Of a DNA stretch of 64,000 nt, positions 53,752-64,000 are shown one piece after another. Every line of letters starts with the position of its first letter. Within the stretch, counting starts at the first letter, position 1. The notes below the pieces were generated by a model. It did no database searches. It worked only from the letters and a program-made list of their open reading frames with translations, and had not been told where the DNA came from. Origin of the DNA: Octopus sinensis. Its lineage: Eukaryota. The stretch is taken from the NCBI RefSeq assembly GCF_006345805.1, contig NC_043018.1, positions 14,198,001 to 14,262,000 on the forward strand, written 5' to 3'. The position numbers and the translations under genes were made by a program.

Positions 53752-53806
<55 letters not shown>

Positions 53807-54075
53807 GTGTGAGTGTATGTATGTGTGGGTTTCAATATTTGACATTTTTTCTACAATATTTCAAGAAAATGTACGAGATTTCGTGGTCGTCCAACTTTCA
53901 AGGAATTACAGAAAAATCCTCATCAAACCAAGTGCAACACGGGATGTGGCGTGGCAGCTGCAACAAAGGTCGTTGGCCATCCTCTGCAGCTACGTCATCT
54001 CACCAATCACCGCGGGATGCGACTGAGCACATGATTATTTCTGGGGTATGTGGCCCATCGCTCCCTCCCTCTCCA

Positions 54076-54137
<62 letters not shown>

Positions 54138-54493
54138 ACAATAATATTGTGTGACATTGCAATGTAAAATCTTAACATCCATATACATAATTTAAAGGCC
54201 AACATCACAGCGAAGAACGAAGCACTGAGATTTTCTTACCGTTTCAATAGATTAAAAACAAATAGCACAGCGAATAACGAAACACCAAGGACTTGCGATG
54301 CTTTAATATTTTTATTTCATTGGAATTTCATTAAAATTTGACGGATTAATAGCATAAATATATTAGATATTAAATACATTCGTCGTATTAAGTTGGGTTT
54401 GTAAGAAAAGTCACAGTTGTAAGTTAGGGTTTGCAGATTTTCTCTTCTTTTACCATTTTCAGTTCTTCGTATTAATACATTCGTCGTATTAAT

Positions 54494-54629
54494 TTAGGCC
54501 TTATATTTAACACACGAGCAATAATCTCTGGTTCGTATACACTCGTAACCGGGGCAGCATACACACCTTTTATTTGCTCCTTGACCCGCACATCCTCTTT
54601 TTAAACATGCACTTCTCTTAATCCTTGCA
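54494..54629 (-). CDS. Gene B coding exon 3 (ARIKR|SACLKRGCAGQGANKRCVCCPGYECIRTRDYCSCVKYKA*). Spliced product is 82 aa
   Basis: Same acceptor ttttgtatttacag|t. Hand translation of 136 nt gives an open frame with the same ungapped 8-Cys spacing as A and TAA at 54496-54494. Absent from the ORF track (no Met, under 60 aa). Confidence 0.85.
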
Positions 54630-55975
54630 CTGTAAATACAAAATATAGTAGAGAATACAAAATATTATTAAACTAGCAGAGATACCCGGCGTTGCTCGTG
54701 TTACATGCAATTGAAGAATTAGACTTTTCTGTTATATTTTCTGTAATGAACTGGAATACCTATGATTCGAATTTCTTCAAAATTGCAGATGAGCGTTCTT
54801 TCCCTCTTTACACACCCTAAAAAAATTGTAATCGTGCTACATGTCTCCCATACTACTGAATTTTATGCGCATATTCCAAAATTCCAGTCTTATCGAACCT
54901 GTTAAAAGGATTTTGCTCCTGAAAAATGAAGATCATGGAGCTCTAAAATGTGAAAGTTAAGGCCCCTGTTGGGCGTGGGTGTCTTAATGTCAAGCAGAGA
55001 AGTTGCATTGTTGAGAATCTTTTTAACTTGGGTCTTATATCTATTGTTTGAATTTCTTTGAAATAGGAAATATATGTTCACTGGGTTTGTAAAAGACAGT
55101 AAAGCTACAGGAAACGAAAAGACGAATGATCACAATAAGCGGTCAGCTACCCTACCCTAGTCGTTACCACTTCCAAAGTAGGCTTTCTCACGATCCAGGT
55201 GACAGGCACAGCCGTTAGATGCATTATGGATCTATAGCAATTGGAAGGGCGTGACCCAACTGAAATAAACATTAACAACTGTGTGACGTGAGGGCTAAGG
55301 AGAAATGAAAATGTCACCTCTGGAGTTTGCAAATGACCACTACACTGATACGTAACTGGGCAGAATAAATTTGCAATCTAAAACGTCTTTGAATAACAAG
55401 TCACTCATCTGGGAAGGCCTTGAAATCAGTGTTACCATCTGGGGACTATGTGTGACCCAGTGATAATAAAATGACTGAAAGTAGGTCTGCAATCAAATAA
55501 CTTTACTCAACACTTTGCAACTGAAGCAGTGGAGGCAAAGATGCCTCTCATTTAATTGACAATTTATGCAGCACATTACAGAAATAACAATGTAAGTGTA
55601 TGTGAAAGCAAACTGTTACACTTTTGCACCATTGAATTACTAATAATGCTCATCTTTTATGCTCTGGTAACCATACAGCTTCTAAGAGCACAACTGTATT
55701 CGTTTTTGCTTAGATAAAATGACAAAAGTCCCCATGGAGGGGTCTTTCTAACTTGTAAGAAGATGAAATTTTTTAAAAATTACTTCAGTTGTGTCTAATA
55801 TCTACGGTTAAAATTTTATCAACAGCAAAAATATATGAATTATCATGGGGGTTATGGCCCTTATGCATAGAATATAATATCCAAATTTCATAAATATCCA
55901 TTCAGTACTTTTGACCTAGTTTTGGATCATAAAAGACATGACTAAAATTTGGGAGTTAAGGCCGCCATTAGGGTG

Positions 55976-56024
<49 letters not shown>

Positions 56025-57817
56025 AAGATAAATTGATAGATACAACTGAGTGCGCAAACAAAAATATGAGACACAGCCTAGTGCTTTTTTATGTTGATAA
56101 GCCTGGTACTTATCCTATTAGTTTGTTCTTGTGAAACCAATAAGTTATAGGGATGTAAATAAATGAACAGCAGTTGTGAAGCAGTGATGAGGGTGAAACA
56201 CAGAGACAAAGACAGACACATACACTTACATATATACATACATATATATAAGATTGATTTGTTTCAGTTCCTGTCTACGAAATCCATATATATACATACA
56301 TACACACACACACACACAAAGATAAATTGGTAGATACAACTGGGCAAACAAAAATATGAGACACTGCATAGTCGGTTTTTTTATTTTGATATTCCTGGTA
56401 CTTATTCTATCAGTTTCTTCTGACACCAGTAAGTTATGGGGATTTAAATAAACCAACACTAGTTGTGAATCAGTGATGAGGGAGAAACGCAAAGACACAC
56501 TCATAGACTTACATTTATATATACATATATATATACAATTCATTTCTTTCAGTTTCTGTCTACAAAATCCACTGACAAGGCTTTGGTTGGTCTGAGGCTA
56601 TAGCAGAAGACACATGCCAAGTTACCACACAGTGGGACTGAACTGAGGACCATGTGTTTTGGAACCAAGTTTGTTACCACACAGCCACACCTGCACCTAT
56701 GTATGTGTGTGTGTGTGTGGAAGGTCACATTGACACACAACGAAGCCGGCAGCCCAGAATGAAAGCACAGAGTTTACAGAAAGCTATTGGCTCATTTCTT
56801 GCCCAAACATTATGCACAAACTGAATGCTGCCACATTCCTTCACTACCATTTCGAGTCCAACGACATGATGACTGATGAACAGGAAGGTGAAAAGAAGCG
56901 AGTGTGGGGATGGCCGGAACAGATTTTCAGAAACAAACCTCCACTGTTTGAAGTGAACGAAAGAAAAACCGTTGGAAACTTGCAACAGTATCGCTTGATT
57001 GTGGACATTCTATTCCCCCATTATATCCTATTACTTTTGAAGACATCACACATAGGATCAACAGCTACCAAAAAATATCAAGGTACTACCGCCCTATGCG
57101 ACACGACGTTGTGTCCAACACAAGAGAAACAATGCCATTCCGGTAGGAAGATTGTCCTGGAATGTATATAGTGAAATCCTGTTGTTACATACATACATAG
57201 ACATCAACGAAACGAATGCTGGTGGAATATTAACATCAGAATATCTGTCAATGTAAAAATAACCGGTCGGATAACATAACTTGAAGCAGGCAAGAAAATG
57301 AAAAAACTGTCATAGAGATCTCCGGTCTTGCTCGCATGAATATCTCTTTGGAAACCAAAGAGGAGGATGGTAACACTGGACAACTGTTGCAACGCTTCAG
57401 CTTCTGTTGGGTTGTGCGGAATGTTCGTGCCGACTTTTAAAGGAAGAAAAAGGTCAATAAATACTTGCCCATTACATTTTTAATCAACCAAATATGAACC
57501 ATTTTGTTTCACAATGATCTCCATCTATCATTTAACTTGAAAATACCCTCTTCCCAGAATTGAAGTGGTTTCATGGCAAAGAATTCATCAAGGTATCCTT
57601 TTACGTCACCCAAGGAATTGAAATTTTTACCATTAAGACTATTCTGCAGGGACAGAAATAAGTGAAAATCCGAAGGAGCAATATCTAGTGAATACGCAGC
57701 CGAGCTGCAGCAATTTTTGTCTGATTCCCAAAGCATCAAGTGCCGAAAATGAATTTTCTTATCTTGCCAATACTAAATTAATTACATTTGCATGAGACGT
57801 ACATATGTTGTTCTTAC

Positions 57818-57866
57818 CTCATATTTACTCTCCTGAAACCTATCTCTTGATGGAAGGGAGCGACAT
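57818..57866 (-). CDS. Gene B coding exon 2 (pro-region identical to A)
   Basis: Exact reverse complement of 34717-34765. Confidence 0.85.
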
Positions 57867-58817
57867 CTAAAAGAGATATTAAAATATATATGGAAGAAGT
57901 AAATATCCATTTACCGATATTTCGTGTGGAAATACACAAAATACCCATGAAGCACTCAACAGGTAATTCATTGAATAGAGGAGAATGTATCAAATGGAGG
58001 ATAATGTATAATTCATTGAATAGAGGAGAATGTATCAAATGGAGGATAATGTATAATTCATTGAATAGAGGAGAATGTATCAAATGGAGGATAATGTATA
58101 ATTCATTGAATAGAGGAGAATGTATCAAATGGAGGATAATGTATAATTCATTGAATAGAGGAGAATGTATTTATGGTAACACCATCTGAAACAAGATGGA
58201 GGATCATGACGACCGGAACTCGAATTTCCTCACTCATACACTTAAATATGGCTCATCTCTGTAGTGATGGATGTTTTTAATACATAAAAGGAGATAAAAA
58301 CCAATAAAGAGCAATAAAAAGGAATGGCAGGAAAACAAACAAAACAACACATGAAACATAATATACATCATTTGCTGATTCTCTTCCCTTAATTATTTTA
58401 ATAATGAAGAATTCTAAAAGCAGCGGCGTGTGTGAAAAGAATCGTTAGCTCGACAAAATATGCTTAGAGGAATTGCGTTCGTGCTTACGTTCTGATCAAA
58501 TACAGGAGTAACAGATGAGAGCACACCACTAGAATTCTTCTCGATTTGTATATAAAAGATTCGTCAGTTATATTGTTAATTAAATGTCATATATTATATA
58601 GAAGAAGCGTAAATCCGTATACTCGGTCTAAGAGTAGTGTATATAAAAAGTGAGTTATTTATTTGAAAGCTGTTAAAACATATAAATGGAGTATAACCGA
58701 AAGACCGCTGAGGTAGCGTTATTCATTTTCCTCTTTTCCACCTTTCTATTTTCCCCCTTTTTTCCCCACTACATTTCACATTATTATAAAATAAAAGAAA
58801 TTTACAATTATACTTAC

Positions 58818-58881
58818 TTTGTTTAACCGAGAAGGTGTATGAAATGAATACACAAAACAATAGGACACTGATGCCTTTCAT
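58818..58881 (-). CDS. Cys-rich secreted peptide gene B, coding exon 1 (signal peptide identical to A)
   Basis: Exact reverse complement of 33702-33765 with the same splice sites. Confidence 0.85.
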
Positions 58882-59981
58882 CACGCACCTAATGATAGAC
58901 AAATATAGCAGTGAGAGTCATTAATAGAAAAGCATTTTTTTCTTACAAGAAGCAGAAGTCTACAGCTGAAGTTTAGGTAACAATTATCTTTTAGCTGTTC
59001 TGAAAATCCAAGATTTACCATTTAAACAATTAGTAATATAGCTAATTTAATTGCACCAAAAATACGAATCTAAGTATATATTTTGATGAAGATGACGCCT
59101 TCGAAGCGTTTGTCCGTAAACATTCTCCATACTGTTAACACTGAATGAATGTTCTTACTTCAAGGTTTTCTGACTTCTATATTATTATTATTTCTGTTGC
59201 AAACAAATATGTAAGGTGTCACTTTGTATCTGACAGAATGTTCTTTGTGAAATGTACACAGTCAAAAGTATTTTTTCTCTATTTTCTATAACCAAAATCA
59301 GGCTTTGCTGCACATTTCACTGCATATTTGATTAACGTGTTGCACCTGCAGTATCTAACACCATACCTGAGTAAACATAATTGTTTGCTGTTAAACACAT
59401 GTGTCATTTGATCCATCCGTACACACAAACTTACGCAATCGACCTTTTCTGAAATACAACACTATCTGAAAGAGCATAATATTACGTATGAGTTTTAATT
59501 AACGGCCTCTCTAATTTCTTTTATCTATTCAGCTACTAATCTCGGCAAGGAAGAACTAGGCAAAGAAATCGATGAACAGGTACTCCAGGTATACAGCTTA
59601 TACCAGAGGAATGTTATGCATTGGTACACATACGGCAATTACAAACGGCTTAAGCTCTACCACTACCACCATCATCATTGCCATAACATACTCTGTCTAT
59701 TGCTATTACTTAATCACATACAGCCACAATGAATAATTTAAATGTTTACATACTTGTTAGATTCCAACGGTATTTATACAAAGAGCTCAGTAGACTTTCT
59801 CAGGTGCAAAGTTGAAACTGGTTGATGATGGTTGTGTAGTGTTAGTTATTCAGTGAACAGCTTCAAACTTTGCTTGCTCCAGCTGTCGTTTCCTTTGGTT
59901 TTTCTGAATTTGCACTCCTTTCCTTTTTCTTTTTATATTTACACACATATCCGCGCTCGCGCATTCATTTAAAGATACACA

Positions 59982-60038
<57 letters not shown>

Positions 60039-60277
60039 GTATACATATACTTTTGTGTATGTGTCTGTGTGTGTCTACTCTTTATGCACCTTAAAACCAT
60101 CATAGCATCTGATGTGGCTTTTTCACCCAGACAATGTTTTGAAAAGACACTCACATAGATTACACATCCGATTTGGCCCACCAAGAGCTGAAGATAAGTT
60201 TGTATGTATGTATGTATGGCTGGATGGATGAATGGATGGATGGATGTACTTGTATATATATATGTATACGTATATAT

Positions 60278-60323
<46 letters not shown>

Positions 60324-60387
60324 CATACATACAAATATATATATATGTATATATACATATATACGTGTATATATATATATACGTATG

Positions 60388-60463
<76 letters not shown>

Positions 60464-61202
60464 TAAAATTAAAATTAAGAACAATATAAATAAATATATA
60501 TATATATAACAGCATGATTTATACGATTTGATTCAATATTACAAACTCTTGTTACGCAACAGCTGTGTGAAATAGTGAATAGAATACGTCATGTGAAGCT
60601 ATATCAAATTTATGTCCCAAGTTACGCCAACGTTCACCTTGGGAGACGTCAAAATTTCGGATTGAAACACGATGAAGCTTATATGTTGCATTTTTACACG
60701 CCAATATATAAACAGAAGATACAAATATTACAGGCATCGCCCCCCCACACACACTAACTAAACATAGACGCACATAGGGATATACGCATGCGCAAATGAA
60801 GACACAGACAATGGAAATACAAAATGGCTGACCGTTAGTAAGGAGAGACACACAATAAGAAAGAAGAAAGCAACGGACCACTGATGCGGTCACAGGAGTG
60901 TGACGAAAGAACTCTGGCCGAAATAAGACTAAGTTTAAGGTAAAAAATAAATAACACTGAAGCAAAGTAACACCAAATATATAGTGCGTGTGTTTTTATT
61001 ATTCGATCGGGCAAAATGACCATTTCGAAATGCAACAATATCTGTTTCAACACATGATATCACATAAAAATCTTGCACCACATATATATAAACGTAATAA
61101 TAATATATAATAATAAATAATAATAATAATAATAATGATAATAATAATAATAATCATAATAATAATAATCATAATAATAATAAAATAATAATAATAATAA
61201 TG

Positions 61203-61254
<52 letters not shown>

Positions 61255-61366
61255 TAATAATAATAATAATGATAATAATAATAAATAATAATAATAATAA
61301 TAATAATAATCATAATAATAATAATCATAATAATAATAATAATAATATAATGATAATAATAATAAT

Positions 61367-61402
<36 letters not shown>

Positions 61403-61421
61403 TAATATAATAATAATAATC

Positions 61422-61470
<49 letters not shown>

Positions 61471-61585
61471 TAATAATAATAATAATAATAATGATAATAT
61501 TGATAATAATAATAATAATAATAATAATATAATAATAATAATAATAATATTAATGATAATAATAATAATGATGATAATAATAATA

Positions 61586-61621
<36 letters not shown>

Positions 61622-61718
61622 TAATATAATAATATAATAATAATAATAATATGATAATAATAATAATAATCATAATAATAATAATCATAATAATAATAAA
61701 ATAATAATAATAATAATG

Positions 61719-61765
<47 letters not shown>

Positions 61766-62404
61766 TAATAATAATAAAAAATCCAAAGTTGGAACCTACA
61801 TACATTGGAAGCTATGCCAACATTATGGAATAACAACAGCAAAAAGATGGTATAGGCACACACCAGAAAAGGTCACAGAAAACGAGAAAGCAACCATACT
61901 CTGGGATATGCCGATACACACAGATAGAGAAATTAAGGCCAACAGACCAGATATAGTTGTCAGAGATCATGAAGAAAAAAAATGCTTTCTAATTGATGTA
62001 TCAATACCGGCAGATGACAACGTGTCTCTAAAAGAAATGGAGAAACTCTCAAAATACAAAGACCTGGAAATAGAGGTAACTAGAATGTGGAACCTGAAAA
62101 CAGAAACAATTCCTATCATAGTAGGTGCATTAGGCATGATAAAAAAATATTCAGACAAATACATAACAAAAACACCAGGACTTACAAACACATATAACAT
62201 ACAGAAAATGGCACTACTAGGCACTGCACACATCCTACGCAGAACACTTTCCATACAATAACCATCAGAGCATCACAACAAATCACAGCACATACCCAAG
62301 GCACACAGAGCTGCACTCGGTAGTGAAGTGAAAGCACGCTATAAAAATAAAACTACTGAATAATAATAATAATAATAATAATAACAATAATAATAATAAT
62401 AATA

Positions 62405-62442
<38 letters not shown>

Positions 62443-62484
62443 TTAATGATAATAATAATAATGATAATAATAATAATAATAACC

Positions 62485-64000
62485 ACTTCATAAACTCTCA
62501 AAATACAAACCAAAATAAAAAACAAATCAAAATTGGCAACTATGTAACAAATGAAATAATACAAGAATTAAAACCTGATTTTACTGAGTTAAATGAAATT
62601 ATTCACGCTTCTGCTAGGGCAATTGAAACCAGCTGTATGCCCCCGAAGAAACAAAGAAAACCAAACCTGGGAAGAAATTAAACCTGGAGAAGTAAAATTG
62701 AAAAAGAGATTGAATTATGAGAGGGGAAATATCAATATTAAACGAACTAATATGTGGAAATGATGTAAGATCCAGAACAGGAAGAAAGATGAAGAGAAAA
62801 TTTGGATCCTCATCAAGAGAAGAACTGATATCAATAAAAGAAACGCTGAAACAAAAAGTCCAAGCAAAAGCCCAAAGAATACGAAGATTTGAGAAGAGAA
62901 ACAAGTTTTACAAGCAAAATAAGCTGTTCACATCCAATGCCAAAAAATTCTACAGAGAAATAGGGAAGGAGAAAGTAACCGTTAAAGACCCCCCTCCCAT
63001 GGAAGAAGTTCAAAACTTTGGAAAAGGATTTGGAGTGACGAGAAGACGTACAACATAAATGCAGACTGGATTATACAAACAGAAGGGTCCTACCAAAATT
63101 TACAACAAGCATGGGAAGACATCACAATAGCAGACCTAAGAAAGGCACTCACGAAGGCCCATAATTAGAAATCCCCCGGTAAAGATAAGGTGCCGAATTT
63201 CTGGCTCGCATCGCTCCCATGCGCACACGGTAAGCTAGTTCAGCTGCTCAATGGAATTATGAGAGACCCAAAGAAAACACCTGAATGGTTAGCAAGTGGT
63301 ATTACTTACCTACTCCCAAAGAATAACGAAAGCAAACTTCCAAAAAACTATCGGCCTATAACCTGTTTATCCACCACGTATAAAATCCTAACATCTATCC
63401 TGGCGGAGAAAACATATGCATTCATGGAGAAGAACGATATTTTCCCCATTGAACAAAAAGGGTGCCGCCGAGGCTCATACGGATGCAAAGATCAACTGCT
63501 AATTAATCGTATGATCCTTGAGAACTGTCACAACAAGCGCAGAAATCTCAGCTCCGCATGGAATGACTATAAAAAAGGCCTTCGACAGTATACCGCATTC
63601 GTGGAACTTGAGATCGCTGGACATCTTCAAAATTTCCCCTGTGATTTCAAGCTTCCTGAAGCACAATATGTCGTTGTGGAATACGAATCTCCAATTATAC
63701 CACTCTAATGGAGTACTTGCCTCACATAATATAAACATCAACTGTGGCATTTTTCAAGGTGACTCACTTTCACCTCTAATATTCTGCATAGCCCTAATAC
63801 CCCTTACAAGTGAATTAAACAGAACAGGGTATGGGTATAAAATTGTCAATAATAAAATAAGCCATCTATTTTATATGGATGACTTAAAACTCTATGGTAA
63901 AGACAATAATGAACTTGAAGGCATATTGCGCACTGTGAAAGCATTCAGCGATGACATCGGTTTGGAGTTTGGACTTGAGAAGTGTGCCAAGGCCACTTTC
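62485..64000 (+). mobile_element. Mirror copy of the R4/Dong-like element, cut by the window end
   Basis: Reverse complement of 28428-29920. Confidence 0.88.

Larger units (their letters stand above)
53800..64000 (-). repeat. Right arm (B) of large inverted segmental duplication, runs off the window end
   Basis: Reverse complement of 28428-39745. The last bases ggccactttc match gaaagtggcc near 28429. Confidence 0.95.

Overview
This is an AT-rich, repeat-saturated eukaryotic genomic window. The SINE families, microsatellite density and LINE mix suggest an octopus or other cephalopod (inference). Most ORFs in the supplied track are microsatellite or transposon artefacts. The main result is a pair of three-coding-exon genes that the ORF track misses because they are spliced. 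Each encodes a small prepropeptide: signal peptide, short pro-region, KR cleavage site, then a cationic 8-Cys mature domain (C-x4-C-x8-C-x-CC-x4-C-x6-C-x-C). Copy A is on + (33702-38168). Copy B is on - (58881-54494). They face each other in the arms of an inverted duplication of more than 10 kb (about 28428-39745 vs 53800-64000+). The signal and pro exons are identical and the introns nearly so. The mature-peptide exon differs at 26 of 108 nt, in 16 amino-acid-changing codons and 2 silent ones, while all 8 Cys codons are unchanged. This resembles the conotoxin pattern of evolution. Copy A has a hydrophobic C-terminal tail that copy B lacks. A second, interleaved inverted duplication (15885-21932 vs 41610-50355) is made of transposon debris. 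Also present are RTE, R4/Dong-like, CR1-like and Penelope-like (GIY-YIG, hammerhead ribozyme) retroelements, mariner/Tc1, hAT-MITE and Helitron relics, three tRNA-derived SINE families, fold-back palindromes and a 100-N gap.
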